Shown here: in pieces, positions 28,001-41,700 of the stretch | Layout of the letters: each line of letters begins with the position of its first letter | Numbering within the stretch: position 1 is the stretch's first letter | Assembly (NCBI GenBank): GCA_964016885.1 | Contig: OZ024740.1 | Location: 23,746,001-23,810,000, forward strand | Source: Eledone cirrhosa | Taxonomy: Eukaryota | Direction: 5' to 3' | DNA: 64,000 nt | Translations under genes and position numbers: made by a program | The notes under the pieces: model-generated | Told to the model about the DNA's origin: nothing | What the model saw: only the letters and a program-made list of their open reading frames with translations | Database searches by the model: none

Positions 28001-31000
28001 ACTGGTAGTTACAACAACATGGCTGACATATATAGCTTGTGTAGCTAGAGAAGGAAGCTGAGTCAACCAACAGACCTACTGGTAGTTACACCAACATGGC
28101 TGACATATATAGCTTGTGTAGCTAGAGAAGGAAGCTGAGTCAACCAACAGACCAACTGGTAGTTACAACAACATGGCTGACATATATAGCTTGTGTAGCT
28201 AGAGAAGGAAGCTGAGTCAGTCAACAGAACAACTAGTAGTTACAACAACATGGCTGACATATATATATTGTGTAGCTAGAGAAGGAAGCTGATTTAACCA
28301 ACATACCTACTGGTAGTTACAACAAAATGGCTGACATATATAGCTTGTGTAGCTAGAGAAGGAAGCTGAGTCAACCAACAGACCAACTGGTAGTTACAAC
28401 AACATGTCTGACATATATAGCTTCTGTAGCTAGAGAAGGAAGCTGAGTCAAGCAACAGAACAACTGGTAGTTACAACAACATGGCTGACATATATAGCTT
28501 GTGTAGCTAGAGAAGGAAGCTGAGTCAACCAACAGACCAACTGGTAGTTACAACAACATGGCTGACATATATAGCTTGTGTAGCTAGTGAAGGAAGCTGA
28601 TTTAACCAACAGACCTACTGGTAGTTACAACAACATGGCTGACATATATAGCTTGTGTAGCTAGAGAAGGAAGCTGACTCAACCAACAGACCAACTGGTA
28701 TTTACAACAACATGGCTGACATATATAGCTTCTGTAGCTAGAGAAGGAAGCTGAGTCTACCAACAGACCAATTGGTAGTTACAACAACATGGCTGACATT
28801 TATATCTTGTGTAGCTAGAGAAGGAAGCTGAGTCAACCAAGAGACCAACTGGTAGTTACAACAACATGGCTGACATTTATAACTTGTGTAGCTAGATAAT
28901 GAAGCTGAGTCAGCCAACAGACCTACTAGTAGTTACAATAACATGGCTGACTTATATAGCTTGTGTAGCTAGAGAAGGCAGCTGAGACAACTAACAGACC
29001 AACTGGTAGTTACAACAACATGGCTGACATATATAGCTTGTGTAGCTAGAGAAGGAAGCTGAGTCAACCAACAGACCGACTGGTAGTTACAACAACATGG
29101 CTGACATATATAGCTTGTGTAGCTAGAGAAGGAAGCTGAGTCAACCAACAGACCAACTGGTAGTTACAACAACATGGCTGACATATATAGCTTCTGTAGC
29201 TAGAATAGGAAGCTAAGTCAAGCAACAGACCAACTGGTAGTTACAACAACATGGCTGACATATATAGCTTGTGTAGCTAGAGAAGGAAGCTGAGTCAACC
29301 AACAGACCAACTGGTAGTTACAACAACATGGCTGACATATATAGCTTGTGTAACTAGAGAAGGAAACTGAATCAGTCAACAGACCAACTGGTAGTTACAA
29401 CAACATGGCTGACATATATAGCTTGTGTAGCTACAGAAGGAAGCTGAGTCAACCAACAGACCTACTGGTAGTTACAACAACATGGCTGACATATATAGCT
29501 TGTGTAGCGTGAGAAGGAAGATGACTCAGTCAACAGACCAACTAGTAGTTACAACAACATGGCTGATATTTATATCTTGTGTAGTTAGAGAAAGATGCTG
29601 AGTCAACCAACAGACCGACTGGTAGTTACAACAACTTGGTTGACATATATAGCTTGTGTAGCTAGAGAAGGAAGCTGAGTCAGCCAACAGACCTACTAGT
29701 AGTTACAACAACATGGCTGACATTTATATCTTGTGTAGCTAGAGAAAGAATCTGAGTCAACCAACAGACCTACTGGTAGTTACAACAACATGGCTGACAT
29801 ATATACCTTGTGTAGCTAGAGAATGAAGCTGAGTCAACCAACAGACCAACTGGTAGTTATAACAACATGGCTGACATATATAATTTATGTAGCTAGAGAA
29901 GGAAGCTGAGTCAACCAACAGACCAACTGGTAGTTACAACAACATGGCTGACATATATATCTTGTGTAGCTAGAGAAGGAAGCTGAGTCAACCAACAGAG
30001 CAACTGGTAGTAACAACAACATGGCTGACATTTATATCTTGAGTAGCTAGAGAATGAAGATGAGTCAGTCACCAGACCAACTAGTAGTTACAACAACATG
30101 GCTGACATATATATCATGTGTAGCTAGAGAAGGAAGCTGAATCAACCAACAGACCAACTGGTAGTTACAACAACATGGCTGACATATATAGTTTATGTAG
30201 CTAGAGAAGGAAGCTGAGTCAACCAACAGACCAACTGGTAGTTACAACAACATGGCTGACATATATATCTTGTGTAGCTAGAGAAGGTACCTGAGTCAAC
30301 CAACAGACCTACTGGTAGTTACAACAACATGGCTGACATATATACCTTGTGTAGCTAGAGAATGAAGCTGAGTCAACCAACAGACCAACTGGTAGTTACA
30401 ACAACATGGCTGACATATATAGCTTGTGTAGCTAGAGAAGGAAGCTGAATCAACCAACAGACCAACTGGTAGTTACAACAACTTGGCTGACATATATAGC
30501 TTATGTAGCTAGAGAAGGAAGCTGAGTCAACCAACAGACCAACTGGTAGTTACAACAACATCGCTGACATATATATCTTGTGTAGCTAGAGAAGGAAGCT
30601 GAGTCAAACGACTTACCTACTAGTAGTTTCAACAACATGGCTGGCATATATAGCTTCTGTAGGTAGAGAAGGAAGCTGAGTCTACCAACAGACCAACTGG
30701 TAGTTACAACAACATGGCTGACATATATAGCTTGTGTAGCTAGAGAAGGAAGCTGAGGCTACCAACAGACCAACTGGTAGTTACAACAACATGGCTGACA
30801 TATATAGCTTGTGTAGCTAGAGAAGGAAGCTGAGTCAACCAACAGACCAACTGGTAGTAACAACAACATGGCTAACATATATAGCTTGTGTAGCTAGAGA
30901 AGGAAACTGAGTCAGTCAACAGACCACCTGGTAGTTACAACAACATGGCTGACATATATAGCTTGTGTAGCTAGAGAAGGAAGCTGAGTCAACCAACAGA

Positions 31001-32793
31001 CCAACTGGTAGTTACAACAACATGGCTGATATATATAGCTTGTGTAGCTAGAGAAGGAAGCTGAGTCAACCAACAGACCAACTGGTAGTAACAACAACAT
31101 GGCTGACATATATAGCTTGTGTAACTAGAGAAGGAAACTGAATCAGTCAACAGACCAACTGGTAGTTACAGCAACATGGCTGACATATATAGCTTGTGTA
31201 GCTAGAGAAGGAAGCTGAGTCAACCAACAGACCTACTGGTAGTTACAACAACATGGCTGACATATATAGCTTGTGTAGCTAGAGAAGGAAGCTGAGTCAA
31301 CCAACAGACCAACTGGTAGTTACAACAACATGGCTGACATATATAGCTTGTGTAGCTAGAGAAGGAAGCTGAGTCAGTCAACAGAACAACTAGTAGTTAC
31401 AACAACATGGCTGACATATATATCTTGTGTAGCTAGAGAAGGAAGCTGATTTAACCAACATACCTACTGGTAGTTACAACAAAATGGCTGACATATATAG
31501 CTTGTGTAGCTAGAGAAGGAAGCTGAGTCAACCAACAGACCAACTGGTAGTTACAACAACATGTCTGACATATATAGCTTCTGTAGCTAGAGAAGGAAGC
31601 TAAGTCAACCAACAGACCTACTGGTAGTTACAACAACATGGCTGACATATAGCTTCTGTAGCTAGAGAAGGAAGCTGAGTCAACCAACAGACCAACTGGT
31701 AGTTACAACAACATGGCTGACATATATAGCTTGTGTAGCTAGTGAAGGAAGCTGATTTAACCAACAGACCTACTGGTAGTTACAACAACATGGCTGACAT
31801 ATATAGCTTGTGTAGCTAGAGAAGGAAGCTGACTCAACCAACAGACCAACTGGTATTTACAACAACATGGCTGACATATATAGCTTCTGTAGCTAGAGAA
31901 GGAAGCTGAGTCTACCAACAGACCAATTGGTAGTTACAACAACATGGCTGACATTTATATCTTGTGTAGCTAGAGAAGGAAGCTGAGTCAACCAAGAGAC
32001 CAACTGGTAGTTACAACAACATGGCTGACATATATAGCTTGTGTAGCTAGAGATCGAAGCTGAGTCAACCAACAGACCAACTGGTAGTTACAACAACATG
32101 GCTGACATATATATCTTGTGTAGCTAGATAATGAAGCTGAGTCAGCCAACAGACCTACTAGTAGTTACAATAACATGGCTGACTTATATAGCTTGTGTAG
32201 CTAGAGAAGGCAGCTGAGACAACTAACAGACCAACTGGTAGTTACAACAACATGGCTGACATATATAGTTTGTGTAGCTAGAGAAGGAAGCTGAGTCAAC
32301 CAACAGACCGACTGGTAGTTACAACAACATGGCTGACATATATAGCTTGTGTAGCTAGAGTTGGTAGCAGAGTCAACCAACAGACCAACTGGTAGTTACA
32401 ACAACATGGCTGACATATATAGCTTCTGTAGCTAGAAAAGAAAGCTAAGTCAAGCAACAGACCAACTGGTAGTTACAACAACATGGCTGACATATATAGC
32501 TTGTGTAGCTAGAGAAGGAAGCTGAGTCAACCAACAGACCAACTGGTAGTTACAACAACATGGCTGACATATATAGCTTGTGTAGCTAGAGAAGGAAGCT
32601 GAGTCAACCAACAGACCAACTGGTAGTTACAACAACATGGCTGACATATATATCTTGTGTAGCTAGTGAAGGAAGCTGATTTAACCAACAGACCTACTGG
32701 TAGTTACAACAAAATGGCTGACATATATAGCTTGTATAGCTAGAGAAGGAAGCTGACTCAACCAACAGACCAACTGGTATTTACAACAACATG
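18617..32793. repeat. 92-monomer (7082 bp) near-identical tandem duplication
   Basis: Rare variants recur exactly 7082 bp apart: TGGCTGCCAT 19321/26403, GAATAGG 22121/29203, AGTTAGAGAAAGATGC 22501/29583, ACGACTTACC 23526/30608, TTGGTAGCAG 25279/32361. Confidence 0.93.
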
Positions 32794-35700
32794 GCTGACA
32801 TATATAGCTTCTGTAGATAGAGAAGGAAGCTGAGTCAAGCAACAGACCAACTGGTATTTATAACAACATGGCTGACATATATAGCTTCTGTAGCTAGAGA
32901 AGGAAGCTTAGTCTACCAACAGACCAATTGGTAGTTACAACAACATGGCTGACATATATAGCTTGTGTAGCTAGAGAAGGAAGCTGAGTCAACCAACAGA
33001 CCAACTGGTAGTTACAACAACATGGCTGACATTTATATCTTGTGTAGCTAGATAATGAAGCTGAGTCAGCCAACAGACCTACTAGTAGTTACAACAACAT
33101 GGCTGACATATATAGCTTGTGTAGCTAGAGAAGGCAGCTGAGTCAACCAACAGACCAACTGGTAGTTACAACAACATGGCTGACATATATAGCTTGTGTA
33201 GCTAGAGAAGGAAACTGAGTCAGTCAACAGACCACCTGGTAGTTACAACAACATGGCTGACATATATACCTTGTGTAGCTAGAGAAGGAAGCGGAGTCAA
33301 CCAACAGACCAACTGGTAGTTACAACAACATGGCTGACATATATAGCTTCTGTAGCTAGAAAAGGAAGTTAAGTCAACCAACAGACCTACTGGTAGTTAC
33401 AACAACATGGCTGACATATATAGCTTGTGTAGCTAGAGAAGGAAGCTGAGTCAACCAACAGACCAACTGGTAGTTACAACAACATGGCTGACATATATAG
33501 CTTGTGTAGCTAGAGAAGGAAGCTGAGTCAGTCAACAGAACAACTAGTAGTTACAACAACATGGCTGACATATATATCTTGTGTAGCTAGAGAAGGAAGC
33601 TGATTTAACCAACATACCTACTGGTAGTTACAACAAAATGGCTGACATATATAGCTTGTGTAGCTAGAGAAGGAAGCTGAGTCAACCAACAGACCAACTG
33701 GTAGTTACAACAACATGTCTGACATATATAGCTTCTGTAGCTAGAGAAGGAAGCTGAGTCAAGCAACAGAACAACTGGTAGTTACAACAACATGGCTGAC
33801 ATATATAGCTTGTGTAGCTAGAGAAGGAAGCTGAGTCAACCAACAGACCAACTGGTAGTTACAACAACATGGCTGACATATATAGCTTGTGTAGCTAGAG
33901 AAGGAAGCTGAGTCAACCAACAGACCAACTGGTAGTTACAACAACATGGCTGACATATATAGCTTCTGTAGCTAGAGAAGGAAGCTCAGTCTACCAACAG
34001 ACCAACTGGTAGTTACAACAACATGGCTGACATTTATATCTTGTGTAGCTAGATAATGAAGCTGAGTCAGCCAACAGACCTACTAGTAGTTACAACAACA
34101 TGGCTGACATATATAGCTTGTGTAGCTAGAGAAGGAAGCTGAGTCAGTCAACAGAACAACTAGTAGTTACAACAACATGGCTGACATATATATCTTGTGT
34201 AGCTAGAGAAGGAAGCTGATTTAACCAACATACCTACTGGTAGTTACAACAAAATGGCTGACATATATAGCTTGTGTAACTAGAGAAGGAAGCTGAGTCA
34301 ACCAACAGACCAACTGGTAGTTACAACAACATGTCTGACATATATAGCTTCTGTAGCTAGAGAAGGAAGCTAAGTCAACCAACAGACCTACTGGTAGTTA
34401 CAACAACATGGCTGACATATAGCTTCTGTAGCTAGAGAAGGAAGCTGAGTCAACCAACAGACCAACTGGTAGTTACAACAACATGGCTGACATATATAGA
34501 TTGTGTAGCTAGTGAAGGAAGCTGATTTAACCAACAGACCTACTGGTAGTTACAACAACATGGCTGACATATATAGCTTGTGTAGCTAGAGAAGGAAGCT
34601 GACTCAACCAACAGACCAACTGGTATTTACAACAACATGGCTGACATATATAGCTTCTGTAGCTAGAGAAGGAAGCTGAGTCTACCAACAGACCAATTGG
34701 TAGTTACAACAACATGGCTGACATTTATATCTTGTGTAGCTAGAGAAGGAAGCTGAGTCAACCAAGAGACCAACTGGTAGTTACAACAACATGGCTGACA
34801 TATATAGCTTGTGTAGCTAGAGATCGAAGCTGAGTCAACCAACAGACCAACTGGTAGTTACAACAACATGGCTGACATTTATAACTTGTGTAGCTAGATA
34901 ATGAAGCTGAGTCAGCCAACAGACCTACTAGTAGTTACAATAACATGGCTGACTTATATAGCTTGTGTAGCTAGAGAAGGCAGCTGAGACAACTAACAGA
35001 CCAACTGGTAGTTACAACAACATGGCTGACATATATAGCTTGTGTAGCTAGAGAAGGAAGCTGAGTCAACCAACAGACCGACTGGTAGTTACAACAACAT
35101 GGCTGACATATATAGCTTGTGTAGCTAGAGTTGGTAGCGGAGTCAACCAACAGACCAACTGGTAGTTACAACAACATGGCTGACATATATAGCTTCTGTA
35201 GCTAGAAAAGAAAGCTAAGTCAAGCAACAGACCAACTGGTAGTTACAACAACATGGCTGACATATATAGCTTGTGTAGCTAGAGAAGGAAGCTGAGTCAA
35301 CCAACAGACCAACTGGTAGTTACAACAACATGGCTGACATATATAGCTTGTGTAGCTAGAGAAGGAAGCTGAGTCAACCAACAGACCAACTGGTAGTTAC
35401 AACAACATGGCTGACATATATATCTTGTGTAGCTAGTGAAGGAAGCTGATTTAACCAACAGACCTACTGGTAGTTACAACAAAATGGCTGACATATATAG
35501 CTTGTATAGCTAGAGAAGGAAGCTGACTCAACCAACAGACCAACTGGTATTTACAAAAACATGGCTGACATATATAGCTTCTGTAGATAGAGAAGGAAGC
35601 TGAGTCAAGCAACAGACCAACTGGTATTTATAACAACATGGCTGACATATATAGCTTCTGTAGCTAGAGAAGGAAGCTTAGTCTACCAACAGACCAATTG

Positions 35701-38700
35701 GTAGTTACAACAACATGGCTGACATATATAGCTTGTGTAGCTAGAGAAGGAAGCTGAGTCAACCAACAGACCAACTGGTAGTTACAACAACATGGCTGAC
35801 ATTTATATCTTGTGTAGCTAGATAATGAAGCTGAGTCAGCCAACAGACCTACTAGTAGTTACAACAACATGGCTGACATATATAGCTTGTGTAGCTAGAG
35901 AAGGCAGCTGAGTCAACCAACAGACCAACTGGTAGTTACAACAACATGGCTGACATATATAGCTTGTGTAGCTAGAGAAGGAAACTGAGTCAGTCAACAG
36001 ACCACCTGGTAGTTACAACAACATGGCTGACATATATACCTTGTGTAGCTAGAGAAGGAAGCGGAGTCAACCAACAGACCAACTGGTAGTTACAACAACA
36101 TGGCTGACATATATAGCTTCTGTAGCTAGAAAAGGAAGTTAAGTCAACCAACAGACCTACTGGTAGTTACAACAACATGGCTGACATATATAGCTTGTGT
36201 AGCTAGAGAAGGAAGCTGAGTCAACCAACAGACCAACTGGTAGTTACAACAACATGGCTGACATATATAGCTTGTGTAGCTAGAGAAGGAAGCTGAGTCA
36301 GTCAACAGAACAACTAGTAGTTACAACAACATGGCTGACATATATATCTTGTGTAGCTAGAGAAGGAAGCTGATTTAACCAACATACCTACTGGTAGTTA
36401 CAACAAAATGGCTGACATATATAGCTTGTGTAGCTAGAGATCGAAGCTGAGTCAACCAACAGACCAACTGGTAGTTACAACAACATGGCTGACATTTATA
36501 ACTTGTGTAGCTAGATAATGAAGCTGAGTCAGCCAACAGACCTACTAGTAGTTACAATAACATGGCTGACTTATATAGCTTGTGTAGCTAGAGAAGGCAG
36601 CTGAGACAACTAACAGACCAACTGGTAGTTACAACAACATGGCTGACATATATAGCTTGTGTAGCTAGAGAAGGAAGCTGAGTCAACCAACAGACCGACT
36701 GGTAGTTACAACAACATGGCTGACATATATAGCTTGTGTAGCTAGAGTTGGTAGCGGAGTCAACCAACAGACCAACTGGTAGTTACAACAACATGGCTGA
36801 CATATATAGCTTCTGTAGCTAGAAAAGAAAGCTAAGTCAAGCAACAGACCAACTGGTAGTTACAACAACATGGCTGACATATATAGCTTGTGTAGCTAGA
36901 GAAGGAAGCTGAGTCAACCAACAGACCAACTGGTAGTTACAACAACATGGCTGACATATATAGCTTGTGTAGGTAGAGAAGGAAGCTGAGTCAACCAACA
37001 GACCAACTGGTAGTTACAACAACATGGCTGACATATATATCTTGTGTAGCTAGTGAAGGAAGCTGATTTAACCAACAGACCTACTGGTAGTTACAACAAA
37101 ATGGCTGACATATATAGCTTGTATAGCTAGAGAAGGAAGCTGACTCAACCAACAGACCAACTGGTATTTACAAAAACATGGCTGACATATATAGCTTCTG
37201 TAGATAGAGAAGGAAGCTGAGTCAAGCAACAGACCAACTGGTATTTATAACAACATGGCTGACATATATAGCTTCTGTAGCTAGAGAAGGAAGCTTAGTC
37301 TACCAACAGACCAATTGGTAGTTACAACAACATGGCTGACATATATAGCTTGTGTAGCTAGAGAAGGAAGCTGAGTCAACCAACAGACCAACTGGTAGTT
37401 ACAACAACATGGCTGACATTTATATCTTGTGTAGCTAGATAATGAAGCTGAGTCAGCCAACAGACCTACTAGTAGTTACAACAACATGGCTGACATATAT
37501 AGCTTGTGTAGCTAGAGAAGGCAGCTGAGTCAACCAACAGACCAACTGGTAGTTACAACAACATGGCTGACATATATAGCTTGTGTAGCTAGAGAAGGAA
37601 ACTGAGTCAGTCAACAGACCACCTGGTAGTTACAACAACATGGCTGACATATATACCTTGTGTAGCTAGAGAAGGAAGCGGAGTCAACCAACAGACCAAC
37701 TGGTAGTTACAACAACATGGCTGACATATATAGCTTCTGTAGCTAGAAAAGGAAGTTAAGTCAACCAACAGACCTACTGGTAGTTACAACAACATGGCTG
37801 ACATATATAGCTTGTGTAGCTAGAGAAGGAAGCTGAGTCAACCAACAGACCAACTGGTAGTTACAACAACATGGCTGACATATATAGCTTGTGTAGCTAG
37901 AGAAGGAAGCTGAGTCAGTCAACAGAACAACTAGTAGTTACAACAACATGGCTGACATATATATCTTGTGTAGCTAGAGAAGGAAGCTGATTTAACCAAC
38001 ATACCTACTGGTAGTTACAACAAAATGGCTGACATATATAGCTTGTGTAGCTAGAGAAGGAAGCTGAGTCAACCAACAGACCAACTGGTAGTTACAACAA
38101 CATGTCTGACATATATAGCTTCTGTAGCTAGAGAAGGAAGCTGAGTCAAGCAACAGAACAACTGGTAGTTACAACAACATGGCTGACATATATAGCTTCT
38201 GTAGCTAGAGAAGGAAGCTCAGTCTACCAACAGACCAACTGGTAGTTACAACAACATGGCTGACATTTATATCTTGTGTAGCTAGATAATGAAGCTGAGT
38301 CAGCCAACAGACCTACTAGTAGTTACAACAACATGGCTGACATATATAGCTTGTGTAGCTAGAGAAGGCAGCTGAGTCAACCAACAGACCAACTGGTAGT
38401 TACAACAACATGGCTGACATATATAGCTTGTGTAGCTAGAGAAGGAAGCTGAGTCTACCAACAGACCAATTGGTAGTTACAACAACATGGCTGACATTTA
38501 TATCTTGTGTAGCTAGAGAAGGAAGCTGAGTCAACCAAGAGACCAACTGGTAGTTACAACAACATGGCTGACATATATAGCTTGTGTAGCTAGAGATCGA
38601 AGCTGAGTCAACCAACAGACCAACTGGTAGTTACAACAACATGGCTGACATTTATAACTTGTGTAGCTAGATAATGAAGCTGAGTCAGCCAACAGACCTA

Positions 38701-41700
38701 CTAGTAGTTACAATAACATGGCTGACTTATATAGCTTGTGTAGCTAGAGAAGGCAGCTGAGACAACTAACAGACCAACTGGTAGTTACAACAACATGGCT
38801 GACATATATAGCTTGTGTAGCTAGAGAAGGAAGCTGAGTCAACCAACAGACCGACTGGTAGTTACAACAACATGGCTGACATATATAGCTTGTGTAGCTA
38901 GAGTTGGTAGCGGAGTCAACCAACAGACCAACTGGTAGTTACAACAACATGGCTGACATATATAGCTTCTGTAGCTAGAAAAGAAAGCTAAGTCAAGCAA
39001 CAGACCAACTGGTAGTTACAACAACATGGCTGACATATATAGCTTGTGTAGCTAGAGAAGGAAGCTGAGTCAACCAACAGACCAACTGGTAGTTACAACA
39101 ACATGGCTGACATATATAGCTTGTGTAGCTAGAGAAGGAAGCTGAGTCAACCAACAGACCAACTGGTAGTTACAACAACATGGCTGACATATATATCTTG
39201 TGTAGCTAGTGAAGGAAGCTGATTTAACCAACAGACCTACTGGTAGTTACAACAAAATGGCTGACATATATAGCTTGTATAGCTAGAGAAGGAAGCTGAC
39301 TCAACCAACAGACCAACTGGTATTTACAACAACATGGCTGACATATATAGCTTCTGTAGATAGAGAAGGAAGCTGAGTCAAGCAACAGACCAACTGGTAT
39401 TTATAACAACATGGCTGACATATATAGCTTCTGTAGCTAGAGAAGGAAGCTTAGTCTACCAACAGACCAATTGGTAGTTACAACAACATGGCTGACATAT
39501 ATAGCTTGTGTAGCTAGAGAAGGAAGCTGAGTCAACCAACAGACCAACTGGTAGTTACAACAACATGGCTGACATTTATATCTTGTGTAGCTAGATAATG
39601 AAGCTGAGTCAGCCAACAGACCTACTAGTAGTTACAACAACATGGCTGACATATATAGCTTGTGTAGCTAGAGAAGGCAGCTGAGTCAACCAACAGACCA
39701 ACTGGTAGTTACAACAACATGGCTAACATATATAGCTTGTGTAGCTAGAGAAGGAAACTGAGTCAGTCAACAGACCACCTGGTAGTTACAACAACATGGC
39801 TGACATATATACCTTGTGTAGCTAGAGAAGGAAGCGGAGTCAACCAACAGACCAACTGGTAGTTACAACAACATGGCTGACATATATAGCTTCTGTAGCT
39901 AGAAAAGGAAGTTAAGTCAACCAACAGACCTACTGGTAGTTACAACAACATGGCTGACATATATAGCTTGTGTAGCTAGAGAAGGAAGCTGAGTCAACCA
40001 ACAGACCAACTGGTAGTTACAACAACATGGCTGACATATATAGCTTGTGTAGCTAGAGAAGGAAGCTGAGTCAGTCAACAGAACAACTAGTAGTTACAAC
40101 AACATGGCTGACATATATATCTTGTGTAGCTAGAGAAGGAAGCTGATTTAACCAACATACCTACTGGTAGTTACAACAAAATGGCTGACATATATAGCTT
40201 GTGTAGCTAGAGAAGGAAGCTGAGTCAACCAACAGACCAACTGGTAGTTACAACAACATGTCTGACATATATAGCTTCTGTAGCTAGAGAAGGAAGCTGA
40301 GTCAAGCAACAGAACAACTGGTAGTTACAACAACATGGCTGACATATATAGCTTGTGTAGCTAGAGAAGGAAGCTGAGTCAACCAACAGACCAACTGGTA
40401 GTTACAACAACATGGGTGACATATATAGCTTGTGTAGCTAGTGAAGGAAGCTGATTTAACCAACAGACCTACTGGTAGTTACAACAACATGGCTGACATA
40501 TATAGCTTGTGTAGCTAGAGAAGGAAGCTGACTCAACCAACAGACCAACTGGTATTTACAACAACATGGCTGACATATATAGCTTCTGTAGCTAGAGAAG
40601 GAAGCTCAGTCTACCAACAGACCAACTGGTAGTTACAACAACATGGCTGACATTTATATCTTGTGTAGCTAGATAATGAAGCTGAGTCAGCCAACAGACC
40701 TACTAGTAGTTACAACAACATGGCTGACATATATAGCTTGTGTAGCTAGAGAAGGCAGCTGAGTCAACCAACAGACCAACTGGTAGTTACAACAACATGG
40801 CTGACATATATAGCTTGTGTAGCTAGAGAAGGAAACTGAGTCAGTCAACAGACCACCTGGTAGTTACAACAACATGGCTGACATATATAGCTTGTGTAGC
40901 TAGAGAAGGAAGCTGAGTCAACCAACAGACCGACTGGTAGTTACAACAACATGGCTGACATATATAGCTTGTGTAGCTAGAGTTGGTAGCGGAGTCAACC
41001 AACAGACCAACTGGTAGTTACAACAACATGGCTGACATATATAGCTTCTGTAGCTAGAAAAGAAAGCTAAGTCAAGCAACAGACCAACTGGTAGTTACAA
41101 CAACATGGCTGACATATATAGCTTGTGTAGCTAGAGAAGGAAGCTGAGTCAACCAACAGACCAACTGGTAGTTACAACAACATGGCTGACATATATAGCT
41201 TGTGTAGCTAGAGAAGGAAGCTGAGTCAACCAACAGACCAACTGGTAGTTACAACAACATGGCTGACATATATATCTTGTGTAGCTAGTGAAGGAAGCTG
41301 ATTTAACCAACAGACCTACTGGTAGTTACAACAAAATGGCTGACATATATAGCTTGTATAGCTAGAGAAGGAAGCTGACTCAACCAACAGACCAACTGGT
41401 ATTTACAACAACATGGCTGACATATATAGCTTCTGTAGATAGAGAAGGAAGCTGAGTCAAGCAACAGACCAACTGGTATTTATAACAACATGGCTGACAT
41501 ATATAGCTTCTGTAGCTAGAGAAGGAAGCTTAGTCTACCAACAGACCAATTGGTAGTTACAACAACATGGCTGACATATATAGCTTGTGTAGCTAGAGAA
41601 GGAAGCTGAGTCAACCAACAGACCAACTGGTAGTTACAACAACATGGCTGACATTTATATCTTGTGTAGCTAGATAATGAAGCTGAGTCAACCAACAGAC
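31200..41700. repeat. Variable-length HOR domain (36-, 21-, 28-, 27-monomer periods) sharing a core cassette
   Basis: TTGGTAGC marker at 32361, 35131, 36748, 38904, 40983. AGATAGAG marker at 32815, 35585, 37202, 39358, 41437. Both give spacings of 2770, 1617, 2156 and 2079. Confidence 0.87.
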
